NCBI GenBank assembly: GCA_002633005.1 | Contig: NMRA01000844.1 | Location: forward strand, 48,049 to 88,119 | From: Phoronis australis | Taxonomy: Eukaryota; Animalia; Phoronida | Reading direction: 5' to 3' | Length of the DNA: 40,071 bases | Part shown: positions 1-12,365 of the stretch, in pieces | Numbering within the stretch: the stretch's first letter is position 1 | Layout of the letters: each line of letters opens with the position of its first letter | The notes under the pieces: generated by a model | What the model saw: the letters and a program-made list of their open reading frames with translations, nothing else | Database searches by the model: none | What the model was told of the DNA's origin: nothing | Position numbers and translations under genes: made by a program

Positions 1-3000
1 GTATACAGTAAGTGACGCTGTCATGATCGAAGGTATCGCAAGGTAGCACTGCACGCTAAGATGTGACAACTTGGGAACATTTACATGTGTTGATTGACAT
101 AAAACTTATTTTTAAATTGATTGATGATTATTAGAGCAAGGAATAAGCAACTATTAGCCATCACACTACTATGCCATTGTTAATGATAACAGTGGCCCCA
201 GGCAATAACTTCGATAGAACCAAAGTTGATCGTTTATACTGCGTGGCAGCGTTGACGCTAAGCAATTAAATCTACCTGTTTAGTGCCAAGTTAACTGGCG
301 CTGTTAACTTCCTTCCAGGACCAAAGTTTAAGCGTTCATACTGACATTAACTCCCAAAAACTTTGAGGCGTCGATGTTAGTATGAAAGGCCCTATAGATA
401 TGTGTATGAAGTTCAGTAGCTTTAAATTAAAGGAAAGGGAATATTTTTGTGGTCAAAGGTCTAAGTTTTCTAATTTCCATCTCGTATAACCAGGTTGTAC
501 TTACTTTTAGTGAAACTTATTCGCACCATGGAGTGTTTTGGATTTACTGTTATTATGATTGTCACGAAAACGAAACTTTGACTTTTAAATTGATATTTTT
601 AGGTTGAAAACAATTACAGGTGATTCTAAGCACTATTTCTAGTATAAGGATTGTACTTCCCAAAATCAGATCTGTGGCCATTGTCGATAAACTTGTAGTT
701 ACCTGTTACGTTTTATGTTATGCTTTTGTCTTTTGTACGATTTTTTCACAAATGCTGGAATTGATTCACAGTAGCGAAGATTCCCTTTCTGTTGGCTTTT
801 TTCGGCATTACTCTCTGTGTTGAAATGGCTTAACCACCAAGCAGTTTCGACCTCATAAGACATGAAACCTTTCAGCGCCACGTGATTTTTGTCTTATTTT
901 GAGATTTAAGGTAGGTCAACAGATTGGTTGGCATTAGAATGTGCGGAGACATGCGCCAGCTGAAATATGGGAGACTAATTAAGTCAATTTTGACCATTTC
1001 AAAAATCACTAAAGGTACTCATGTTATGAGGCTCGAAAATACATGTAGACAAAATCTTAGTAAAATCTGTCAAATGTTCATGAATAAAGTACTCGAAGGT
1101 CACAGCTGATCAGTAACACAGGCTCAGTTTTCTTCCACTGCTCAAGCTAGCTCGTTAAGTTTTATTAAAACTCAACTACCGCCAGGCTCAAAAGTGGCTA
1201 GAAACAAATGGTATCCTTGGAAACCAATAGGGGAGCGTTTTAAGAAAATAAAGGTGGTCTGGATTCAGTGGGGCCAGGCTCATCACAGAGAAAAATACAA
1301 CGAGAATCTGTGACATGACGTTTATCGCCCTCTGTCGGGTGCATCTGTGAACTTGATCTCAACATGCAACGTAAGGATTTATAATTTCAATCCTTTTTTC
1401 AAATAAGTATATATCCAGGCTTTCTTAACATTTCATTTTTTGTAAAGCACAGAACGGCAATAACTCCCTCAATTTCTTTTCGACATTTATGTTTTGTATA
1501 AGTTGTATCCAGGATAAATTCTATTTGACATAAAATATCTTGCCATGGATAACTTGTGGTTTTTAGGCAGTAACTGGACTTCCCTGAACATGACTCTTGT
1601 TCCAGATTGACTGAACACCATAAGTAATGCGTGGTGAGATGTTTTCCTTTCAACTGGATGAAACATTTACATAACTTCAGAATAACTATTTGTTTTTCAG
1701 TGAACCGTAATATGTCATACACCCAAAGAAGAGCCTGTTGCAGCGATTGGTTTCCACGATTATGCTGTTCAAGCTACAAGACAACACAGAAAACATAAAC
1801 TTCAAGCTTCTGTATTGAGAGCCCGAATATGGAACTGGAAGTAGAAGAATTTTGCGATAGTCAATTTTATCGTGATGATAAAATGATTTGGCTTAAAACA
1901 GGCCTTGTTACGTAATCAGTCTTAGAAGAAATTTTCAGGTCATTGCAGCCAAGTGCAGTCACTATGACGACAATTTCCAAGGTGTAGAGGCGAAGAAAAA
2001 ATGAATATGAAGCACATTGGAACCACAACTGTTCACCTTTAGAGCACGAAATATATTGAGAAGTTATGAGGTTGAACTTAATATGAAAAACTTTAATAAA
2101 CATCGACATGTAACCACGGTCATTCATAATGGGCTGTTAAAACAATATTTCCCTAGTTCCACAACCATTAAAATAGCAAAGTCTTAACAGGTAGGGCTTA
2201 GTCTTGGCAGTCCACACGTCACTACCAGGGCATCTTAGATGGTTGGGGGCTATAGTCTACAATCTGTTTGAGTACTGCGCCGCCCATTATCACGAGCGGC
2301 GCATCCGATAGAGGTGTGAGGGCTTTAGCCCTCGTTTATGTCAGTGCTGCTCCGCAAATGCTTGATTTTGATAGTCTTGATCAACAAACTATGCCAGATG
2401 TAACAGTAAAATGCAATGAGCCACTGATGTCAAAAATATCTCCAACTCGTCAAAAATGCGAGCAGATGAACTGCATTATTATCAAGTTTACAAGAAAAGT
2501 GTAACCCGCCTTTAACATAAACTTAAATCTGTGACACCATCGCAATTTAGTCATATTTACCTTCTACATGTATGTTTCGAACCTAGTTTTCCGAAGACTA
2601 AGTTATACGCTTTACCCATTCAGACAACTTTTTGGTGCATTGACTCCTGTCTCTAACGTATTTTCCCAATTCTTCGTGATTTATAAGTGACACATTTTTA
2701 TGCTTTAATGTGCAGGTTGGACTCAAACGACAAACCATTCAATTTAAGCAATGTCCATTCTGCATTGTCTATCGCAGTGGGCCTCGCTTTTGGTTTCAAT
2801 GTCGCCCCGGGAATTAGAAGCAGACGTCATTATCCAGAACTTGGAATGTACATTGTAGAAGCCAGGCAAACAGTTTGAGGTTACGCGGTCGGCACAGAGC
2901 ATTATTTACCTGAAATAAAATCTAATTGGCCTCAAAATGATAAGTTATGATGGTTCCTGACAAAGATTCCAAGAAATGAAATCTATTACGTTGCTATTAG

Positions 3001-5182
3001 CAACTGGGCTTTCACAGTGAGGAAAAAATACCAGTTGTCAACTTACATTTTAAGACATTATAGTCTGCCGGCTAAGTAGGCTCCAACTCGGCTTCATTCG
3101 CCGAAGACAGCACTGTGGGAGGGTCAAGTTTACACGCAAACTATGCCGGTATGGCGAGGGCAAACTTGTTATCTGTGTTATCCGAGTTCTGTCTTCACCC
3201 TCATCTGCTTACCTGCCTTCATAATACTCTTCAAGCTCGTACTGTAAGTCTTCGTAACTTTGATTATCACAATTACCCGCCATTGCCTATATGCTGCCAA
3301 CTGAACATTGATGACAATAAAAAGCGAGAAACCAAACAATCAATAATTGTTCTTTTAACTATTTTTTACCTATTTCAAAAAATAAATAGGCCACTAGTTA
3401 AATATTGTGCGATCCAATTATTTTGTACGGTTTAAAACCTCAAGTACACTGTAGTACAAACTGAAATTCAGTTCTAGTGACGCTTTAAGTGGGTCTTTTC
3501 TCATTTATTTCCGTCTCCAGGCTGCCTAAGAAAAATTTTCCGGTCGCTATTGTCCAGTAAATTCTGGATGGTAATGGTCCACCAAAGTTAATTATTAGCA
3601 ATGTACAGATCTGTATGTTAATTCATGTATGTGTAGAGTACTCATAAATTTGCAGATGTATGTTCGATTCCCCTGCCGTTGGAATATATTTCATAAAATT
3701 TAAAAATTTCTGCAGTGGGTTTTTTTGTTGTACAGTTTTCATACAGCTAGCTCTGAGAATCTCTTTTGTGTGGAATTGACATTTTGCTCCATCATTAACT
3801 GAAACAGATAGACGCCAGGGACTTTCAGATAACGAATTCGGGCACGGTTCGGTTAGATTACCGTGCCATACATCTTCAGCAGTCGTGAATCACACTTCGA
3901 AGCGAAATTGGTACTATGAGTAAAACGGAAAAAACATTACAGTGCACGTCCATGGGGAATTTCGAGTTCTGAGTCTCTGCTTTATAAAAATGTGATTTTT
4001 GAGAGGAGTAAAAAACAAAAGAGGCCTTGACGCAAACATCAAACGCATGATTTTTGCTGCAGCGCCAAAGACAACAGCACAGCCAAACCAGAAATCCTGA
4101 ACCCGAAACTAGTGATCGTTTATACGTGAGCAGAAGGATCGTTTGAAGTGATGCAATATTTTGGTTTTCCCTAAATGCATACTAAACCACTTACACTGTA
4201 CTTACTAAATAAAATGACTGTTAATTTTGGCATAGTAAATGTGTTCAAACACCTACTCTCGAAACAAATTAGTAAATGTGCTATTTAGCTGATCTTCATA
4301 GGATACAGTAAATGTCATTAAACAGTACCTATGCCCGAAACTTACTCTAGAAAAGCTGTGACAACATAATTATCCAAAGGCATACGTATGCGTACAAGTA
4401 TGTCAGTAAAAGCAAACGGCTGCCCATCTTGGTCTTTAGGAAACTGAATGCCAGCCACATACCTACAGCAAACCACTGACTCTCAACAATTGCATGGCAA
4501 GTAAGCTTAATCTGCATTAAAAAAATAACAGAAGTCCAGCTCAACGTTTTCTCATTTAGGTACATGTATATAGACAATTTAATTAGAAACTAGAACTAAG
4601 AAAAGCATACCTTCCTGTGGAAATATTTTGCCTGGCAGTAGTCGCGAAGGAAACATGCTTGTGTGGCCGAATGAGTAAAGTGTCCACTTGTACCGCAAAT
4701 GTCGAAACACCTTGTCCCACATTATGATGGAACTACCACCAGTCTTAAGAAACTTGATTGAATAAGGCTAAAAGATTTTGTTTTTGGTCATTGCGACTTT
4801 GGTTTAAGTTCGGGCGGAAAAAAATACCTAGATGGCTTTACTGGCTTCGTGAAGCTGGGTATCGTTTCCTTACGCGTCAAAACACGGACAACTCCATGTA
4901 TTTAAGCCCAACATGTTTATATAGACCGTAGCACACAAAAGTGTCTATTAAAATGGTGGGGCTTAAATTTTGGTATAACAGCAATGCAGGAGAGTCCACC
5001 CCGTGACTATAAACAGGTTTTACTTCAACCAGCGGAATCAAAAACCATTGCTATATAGATCAATTACCTTTCGGAATAGAAATGTCTCACACTTAAGCTT
5101 AATAAGTGTATAATGATCCAAATCTACCTGCTCTCGTCTTAAAATATCTAAGCGGTGCTACAAACTTTGAAGTTGGGAACAA

Positions 5183-5310
5183 CATGGGCGCCGCACCATA
5201 GAGAGCCACTTTTTCAGTGCTGCGTCGCCCGCGGTCTATAGGCGGTGCACCACAGGGGATGTTGGAGGACTTTAGCCCGCCACTTCTTTTTGAGCATTGC
5301 GCCGCCCATG
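5183..5310. mobile_element. Tiny CATGGGCG-ended MITE (possibly a tandem dimer)
   Basis: TIR CATGGGCGCCGCA / TGCGCCGCCCATG; flanks AACAA/AAGAA. Related sequences at ~2229-2356 and 11954-12035. Confidence 0.6.
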
Positions 5311-5362
5311 AAGAAGTTATGAATGTTAAAGGATTAAATTAAGTTACATATTCGTGTTTTAG

Positions 5363-5495
5363 GCATTCTCATCTGATCAATCACAAACCATATACGCCCA
5401 TAAAAGAGAAAACGAGCAGTTGATTCAACGATACTCCGGGATAGAGCTAAGGTTCAATGATATTAAAAAAGTCAATCTAGTGTATGAGTGTAACG
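5363..5495 (+). CDS. Internal exon: C-terminal end of an astacin (peptidase M12A) domain
   Basis: Acceptor ttcgtgttttag| and donor |gtaggt. Translates AFSSDQSQTIYAHKRENEQLIQRYSGIELRFNDIKKVNLVYECN+G, matching the astacin C-terminal pattern AFS...TI.....QR...L...DI.K.N..Y.C. It is 133 nt, ends in phase 1 and joins the EGF exon in frame. Confidence 0.8.
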
Positions 5496-6110
5496 GTAGG
5501 TGTTGTTTTTAATATGCATGTGACCACATCAAAAAAGGTTTCGATGAGAGTATGAATATTAATTTTGACACATCTAAAATCTGTTTTAATTTTCAATATA
5601 TGATGGCAATTTTCATGTCACGGGCATGCTGGGTCCTGCCAATGAGGGTAAAACTGGCATGCTAACAGTTTTTTCACTGTGTAAGTGACGAAACAATGTA
5701 AAAACTTTACCAGATTTAACGAGAGTCATTTAATGCAATTACAAATTGGCCAATAACAGATGATGTGAGCCCATCATTGCTCGTCTAACGAGACTTAAAA
5801 GGAAAATAGCTCAAGCGTGATCACGGAAAAACAAAACGTTATCATTTCCTTAGGTTTTTGATAATTTACGATACGCACAAATATTTAAACACTAACGGTG
5901 AGAATATGTCGAAAAAACTATAACTTGAAATCAAATTATGTTTGATGAAGAAACGTTAGATTATTAACGCTGCAATAACTTATAATAGCAGCGCCATTAT
6001 ATGTTTATTAGGAGTCTTTAGATTTTCGATTCCATAAGGGCTGTTCGAGAAATGTAGGTCGAATTTTATCTGCATGACTACCACAGTTGAAGACCTCTTC
6101 TTGCCAACAG

Positions 6111-6230
6111 CACTTTGCCCTGCCAACATACGGTGTCGTGACGGCGGCTTCGTCAACAAAGACTGCACTTGTTTCTGTAAAAACGGTACCAACAGCTGTC
6201 AAGAGAGCGGACGAAAACCTCCTCAGAAAG
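6111..6230 (+). CDS. Internal exon: EGF-like cysteine-rich module following the astacin domain (copy 1)
   Basis: Acceptor cctcttcttgccaacag| and donor |gtcagt; 120 nt, phase 1-1. Encodes (A)LCPANIRCRDGGFVNKDCTCFCKNGTNSCQESGRKPPQK; the C..GGF....C.C.C pattern is typical of post-astacin EGF-like modules. Confidence 0.8.
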
Positions 6231-6920
6231 GTCAGTGTCAAATCCATGTACACTGCAGGAGTACCCTCATAAATGCTATTCCTTTCAAAACACATCAAGT
6301 AAAACGGATTGAAGCTTTGCATTTGTATAAATTTAGTTAACAGTTTTGAAGGTGGTAACCCATGTTTAGTCCTCACGCTTTTTGTCAGCAAAAGGTACAT
6401 ATCGCCAGAAATTCAAGCCCCACGTGTAAAAGGCTGGGTGCGCGCATACTCTCATCAGCTCCTCTCAAAAGCCAAATGTACACTGCCCACCCAAGTGTCT
6501 CGCTGGTTCCCTGCGTGCCGCTAGGTGAGGCGGTAGCCGCACCAGCACGTGCAGGATAGGCACGTAGGGGACCAGCGAGACCCACGTGTGTCAGCACACA
6601 AACCAGTTATTACACAAATGTGGGTCGGTGATATGCAAATCTCATTCAGCCTACACACAGCTATGAATAAACACGTGGTCATGAGGCTGACTGAGCCAAC
6701 AAACGTAAAATATCTTACACCCGTGCCTCATTGATAATCTCAAAAAATCTTTACCAGGAAGGGACAACTAGCTAAACTGCCGTTTTTTGGCCTACCCAGG
6801 TTAATTCCAGGTATTTAATTTCATTTAAAGAAAACGGGTGATTTCATCAGAAAGAGTAAGGCTTTCTCTAAAGAAGGATTTTGATAAACACCCTTTGCAA
6901 CATTAAACGTTTGTTTAATT

Positions 6921-7182
6921 CATGCGCGAACCCAAGGGGGCTCGGATTGCTCGAACGAGCCCCCCATTTGGCGAAGTGTGCAAAAAGTTTCACCTCAGAG
7001 AAACAAAAAATCCTAGAAAACGAGACAAAAGTCCAGGAAAAAGGCGCAGACGCACAGGTCACAGTTTTGAAGGTTGGTACCCCTTTTTTTTCTTTTTTTA
7101 GTCCTGCTGCTATTTTGTCATCAAAATGTTCAAATCGCCAGAAATTCGAGCCCCCCGGTATTGAAGGCTGGGTGCGCGCATG
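6921..7182. mobile_element. CATG-ended MITE with 5-bp TSD (TAATT)
   Basis: TIR CATGCGCGAACCCA / TGGGTGCGCGCATG; TAATT at 6916-6920 and 7183-7187. Duplicate at 9390-9656; 3' fragments at ~6365-6447 and ~8834-8916. Confidence 0.85.
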
Positions 7183-8578
7183 TAATTGTACTTTGAAAAT
7201 AACGACTTCAGCGAATGCAATCGCAATTTCCCAAATGCAATCACGGGTAGACATCTACGCCCACATTTGCATGCCGGATTCTCCTCAGTTGATTTATAAA
7301 AACAGCGTTCAACGCGAGTTCGCAATTAGACAAAGTGACAAAAGAATATCATGATTTTGACGGAAAAAAATTCTGTGTGATACGTTTGTCTCGGGTTCGT
7401 ATAGGGAAGTAATATTTGAGTTGTCCAGACTCTGCCATTAATTGAAGCGGAATATTGCGGATCAAATCGCCAGGAGACGGGTGACTAAGAGCGACGCCGA
7501 CATACTACATGTATTTGGCGCTGAGTGAGGTCATGCTCCTCGTGAAAGAAGTTTAAGGAAAATTAATTCACCCAAATGTATTCTCAGCCCATGTGTCAAC
7601 AGTGCAATGTGCTGTTTTGTATGTGCACCGTGTCTCCTCTGGCTCCGTCACCGTGTCCTCATGCTCAAGGTTTGCTAGTAAAGTCTTACCGGTACAGCCA
7701 CTACAGGCACCGACTTCCCCACTGCCGGATATAGACGGAATGTTTTCCCTTGCCCCAGTTCAATAAGAAATACCTCTGGACTCCCACCCCAGCCTGATTG
7801 GGGTCTACATGTACTGGCAGGTGGTTGTACTGAAGGGATGTTTCGTATACACTCAGAAAAGAAAACTTTTGGGCTAATGTGACTATTTCTGCTGATGGAA
7901 AAAGTGGCATTTATTTTGATTTCCTAGGAATAAAAATCACGGTATAGGGAGTCAGGATATTTTTTTGCTCATTGGTTTTCATCAGTGGCCACTTGACTGC
8001 GTCTATTTTTATCAATCTAGGAAATCACTCCATATCTGATTCCCTGACTTAGTGACGGTATCATTAGATAGAGCAGATGGGATGTTTCCACGAAATTCCT
8101 CTCCATTAGGTCGGTACCATGAGTAGCCTAATGAGACAGTGAAGAACATGTCGACTGAATGGATCAGTCATTCCCCATCATTTCATTGAAAAATAATTTC
8201 TACTGGGTAACAACAACAATATGTTATATTGGCCAAACTTAGATTTTTGCATGAGCTAACTAAGACTAGCGGATGTTCTGTTCTACAGGCAANGAAAAAC
8301 AAAACGTTATCATTTCCTTAGGTTTTTGATAATTTACGATACGCACAAATATTTAAACACTAACGGTGAGAATATGTCGAAAAAACTATAGCTTGAAATC
8401 AAATTATGTTTGATTTAGAAACGTTAGATTATTAACGCTGCAATAACTAATAATAGCAGCGCCATTATATGTTTATTAGGAGTCTTTAGATTTTCGATTC
8501 CATGAGGGCTGTTCGAGAAATGTAAGTCGAATTTTATCTGCATGACTACCACAGTTGAAGACCTCTTCTTGCCAACAG

Positions 8579-8698
8579 CACTTTGCCCTGCCAACATACG
8601 GTGTCGTGACGGCGGCTTCGTCAACAAAGACTGCACTTGTTTCTGTAAAAACGGTACCAACAGCTGCCAGGAAAGCGGACGAAAACCTCCTCAGAAAG
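8579..8698 (+). CDS. Second copy of the EGF-like exon (probable allelic or assembly duplicate)
   Basis: Same peptide as 6111-6230 with three synonymous differences (TGT CAA GAG vs TGC CAG GAA). Donor is gtctgt instead of gtcagt. Confidence 0.6.
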
Positions 8699-11002
8699 GT
8701 CTGTGTCAAATCCATGTACACAGCAGGAGTACCCTCATAAATGTTATTCCTTTTCAAAACACATCAAGTAAAACGGAATGAAGCTTTGCATTTGTATAAA
8801 TTTAGTTAACAGTTTTGAAGGTGGTAACCCATGTTTAGTCCTCACGCTTTTTGTCAGCAAAAGGTACATATCGCCAGAAATTCAAGCCCCACATGTAAAA
8901 GGCTGGGTGCGCGCATACTCTCATCCGCTCCTCTCAAAAGCCAAATGTACACTGCCCACCCAAGTGTCTCGCTGGTTCCCTGCGTGCCGCTTGGTGAGGC
9001 GGTAGCCGCACCAGCACGTGCTGGATAGGCACGTAGGGGACCAGCAAGACCCACGTGTGTCAGCACACAAACCAGTTATTACACAAATGTGGGTCGGTGA
9101 TATGCAAATCTCATTCAGCCTACAAACAGCTATGAATAAACACTTGGTCATGAGGCTGACTGAGCCAACAAACGTAAAATATCTTACACCCGTGCCTCAT
9201 AGATAAGCTCAAGAAATCTTTACCAGGAAGGGACAACTAGCTAAACTGCCGTTTTTTGGCCTACCCAGGTTAATTCCAGGTATTTAATTTCATTTAAAGA
9301 AAACGGGTGATTTCATCAGAAAGAGTAAGGCTTCCTCTAAAGAAGGATTTTGATAAACACCCTTTGCAACATTAAACGTTTGTTTAATTAATGCGCGAAC
9401 CCAAGGGGGCTCGGATTGCTCGAACGAACCCCCCATTTGGCGAAGTGTGCAAAAAGTTTCACCTCAGAGAAACAAAAAAATCCTAGAAAACGAGACAAAA
9501 GTCCAGTAAGAAGGCGCAGACGCACAGGTCGCAGTTTTGAAGGTTGGTACCCCTTTTTTTCTTTTTTTTAGTCCTGCTGCTATTTTGTCATCAAAATGTT
9601 CAAATCGCCAGAAATTCGAGCCCCCCCCCCGGTATTGAAGGCTGGGTGCGCGCATGTAATTGTACTTTGAAAATAACGACTTCAGCGAATGCAATCGCAA
9701 TTTCCCAAATGCAATCACGGGTAGACATCTACGCCCACATTTGCATCCCGGATTCTCCTCAGTTGATTTATAAAAACAGCGTTCAACGCGAGTTCGCAAT
9801 TCGACAAAGTGACAAAAGAATATCATGATTTTGACGGAAAAAAAAATTCTATGTGATACGTTTGTCTCGGGTTCGTATAGGGAAGTAATATTTGAGTTGT
9901 CCAGCCTCTGCCATTAATTGAAGCGGAATATTGCGGATCAAATCGCCAGGAGACGGGTGACTAAGAGGGACGCCGACATACTACATGTATTTGGCGCTGA
10001 GTGAGGTCATGCTCCTCGTGAAAGAAGTTTAAGGAAAATTAATTCGCCCAAATGTATTCTCAGCTCATGTGTCAACAGTGCAATGTGCTGTTTTGTATGT
10101 GCACCGTGTCTCCTCTGGCTCCGTCACCGTGTCCTCATGCTCAAGGTTTGCTAGTAAAGTCTTACCGGTACAGCCACTACAGGCACCGACTACCCCACTG
10201 CCGGATATAGACGGAATGTTTTCCCTTGCCCCAGTTCAATAAGTAATACCTCAGCCTGATTGGGGTCTACATGTACTGGCAGGTGGTTGTACTGAAGGAT
10301 GTTTCGTATACACAAGAAAAAAGTATGTTTCATTATACAATCAGAAAAGAAAACTTTTGGGCTTATGTGACTATTTCTGCTGATGGAAAAAGAGGCATTT
10401 ATTTTGATTTCCTAGGACTAAAAATCACGGTATAGGGAGTCAGGATATGCTTTTGCTCATTGGTTTTTATCAGTGGCCACTTGACTGCGTCTATTTTTTA
10501 TCAATCTAAGAAATCACTCCATATCTGAATCCCTGACTTAGTGACGGTATCATTAGATAGAGCAGATGGGATGTTTCCACGAAATTCCTCTCCAATAGGT
10601 CGGTACCATGAGTAGCCTAATGAGACGGTGAAGAACATGTCGACTGAATGGATCAGTCATTCCCCATCATTTCATTGAAAAATAATTTCTACTGGGTAAC
10701 AACAACAATATGTTATATTGGCCAAACTTAGATTTTTGCATGAGCTAACTATGACTAGCGGATGTTCTGTTCTACAGGCAAACAGACTATGCTTTTTTGA
10801 TTTGTTAATTCATGTTGTTAAAATGAAAAAACAGAAGCAGCAGATGCCATCCGAGCTCAATGTTGTAGATTGGTAGCGTCTTAACTGTTGTCTTCATTAT
10901 TGCAAAACAAGTAAATTGTTTGATAATATGTCAGAGCTGACCTTTTCATAGGTATGTTTATCTGATGTGCTTTGAATATTTCACACTATGTTTTGAAACA
11001 TC

Positions 11003-11171
11003 ATCAGGCCTGGGTTGCATAAACTTTCATAAGTATCCACTGGATAAGTTTGATTGTTGCATGGCGTCAAGTGCATTGTTCAGCGGTAACAATGGGGCGC
11101 CTGCTAACGGCAGCTAACGTGACGTCTTTGTTGCTATGCGGCGTATAATTTCTATGCAACTGGGTGCTGAT
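11003..11171. mobile_element. Short palindromic MITE (PIF/Harbinger-like ends, tentative)
   Basis: ATCAGGCCTGGGTTGCATAAA ... CTATGCAACTGGGTGCTGAT; a related copy lies in opposite orientation at 38816-38945. Confidence 0.7.
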
Positions 11172-11286
11172 ATTCTTCTCCAAACACTGATTCTCGATCA
11201 TTGCAACGATTGGGCGTATTGTATGCTTTAGGATGAGGAGAATTGCCTGACCTTGTTTCCTAAAAACTGCAGTGTCTTTTTTCTAG

Positions 11287-11436
11287 AGTGTAAGAACAAC
11301 ATAAGTGACGAAAAGTGCAGACTGTATAAGATGGCCGGCGACTGCTTCAGAAACCCTTTGGTTGTTTTGCCGAATTGTAAGAAGGCGTGCGGAATGTGTG
11401 GCATTGATTTCAATAAAGGAAGCCTGCACGCTAAAG
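11287..11436 (+). CDS. Internal exon: ShK (ShKT) domain 1
   Basis: Acceptor gtctttttttctag| and donor |gtaaac; 150 nt, phase 1-1. CKNNISDEKCRLYKMAGDCFRNPLVVLPNCKKACGMC has six Cys ending C-x3-C-x2-C. Confidence 0.9.
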
Positions 11437-11645
11437 GTAAACAGATGTCGTCGAAGTGCTAATTCGCCCTATTCTATAAAAGTGCGCACTGTGTCAGTGT
11501 GTCAATTCTGGTAATAGAAGAAGACAAAGTACCAGCTAAAACAAATCAGCATAGTAAACGTTTTGCTTAACTGTTGAGAACCGTTCAAGAAATCACCATC
11601 TTTTAGGAAGCTTGTGAGGTTACTAATACACACACATGTTTACAG

Positions 11646-11777
11646 GACATTGTAAGAATCCGTTGGGCAACGAAGCGTGTTCTACTTTGGCACAAACGTT
11701 TTATTGTGACTTAATGCCTGCATACATGATGGTGAAATGTCCACAGGCATGCGGCTTTTGCAACAAAAGGGATGCTG
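11646..11777 (+). CDS. Internal exon: ShK domain 2
   Basis: Acceptor tgtttacag| and donor |gtaggt; 132 nt, phase 1-1. CKNPLGNEACSTLAQTFYCDLMPAYMMVKCPQACGFC. Confidence 0.9.
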
Positions 11778-11953
11778 GTAGGTGTCACTCAAATTTAATA
11801 CCTAAGTTGCATATCCTAAGTTATGTAATATCGGACAAGAAAAGCCTCTCTCCACAGGCCCGAAACATGCACGTGGGGATGTGGTTCGAAGTTCTAGAGC
11901 GGTGGACCTTTTATATTTTGCAAACGTCGACACTGTAGAGTTTTCAGTAAGGC

Positions 11954-12035
11954 CACGGGATGCGCACCATAGGGTGCTGTGGGGGGGGGGGGGCTNTATA
12001 ACCCCTCCCTACGTTTTCAGTGCTGTGCCGCCATG
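11954..12035. mobile_element. Tiny MITE related to 5183-5310, containing a poly-G run and an N
   Basis: CACGGGATGCGCACCATAG...TTTTCAGTGCTGTGCCGCCATG; flanks AAGGC/ATGGC. Confidence 0.55.
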
Positions 12036-12365
12036 ATGGCCCTTGACACACCTTAATTAGTGGAGGGGGATCTATATACGTAAAGATGTCTCTCAGCTCT
12101 ATGTTTCTGATATGAGAAAGTATTCGTAATACCAGAAGTGAGTGTTGCTCGCAAAGAACGCTACTCACGTTCGGGGGTAATTTGGTCCAGAAAGGGAACG
12201 TTCTCGCGTTACCGTCGGCCAAACTTTCAAATCATATGAGTGATTACACCTTATTACATACTTGGACAGAAATATTTAGTAGAAGAATGACAATTGACAA
12301 AATGTTAGGCCCCAATATCTGATTGTAATTTTGCGTGTTACATAAGTTGCTTACACCGCGGGACT

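Larger units (their letters stand above)
5826..10781. repeat. ~2.47-kb direct tandem duplication (5826-8292 and 8294-10781) separated by a single N
   Basis: Both copies start gaaaaacaaaacgttatcatttcc and end ttctacaggcaa. They are near-identical with scattered substitutions and small indels. The N is at 8293. Confidence 0.95.

Noticed and set aside
3630-3700. tRNA-like B-box GTTCGATTCCC; also an A-box-like TGGACTCAGTGGTTAAAG at ~33141
   Set aside because: No cloverleaf can be formed; at most these are decayed SINE heads.
3805-3923. Frame reading ...LSDNEFGHGSVRLPCH..., superficially like an astacin HExxH motif
   Set aside because: It reads NEFGH rather than HExxH, has no GxxH or downstream RxDRD, and ends in a stop. 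I found no HExxH or SxMHY exon in 1-5362, so these are presumably upstream of the window.
6868-7354. 157-aa and 128-aa overlapping ORFs
   Set aside because: They span a MITE nested in a repeat, are frameshifted in the duplicate copy, and show no recognisable domain.
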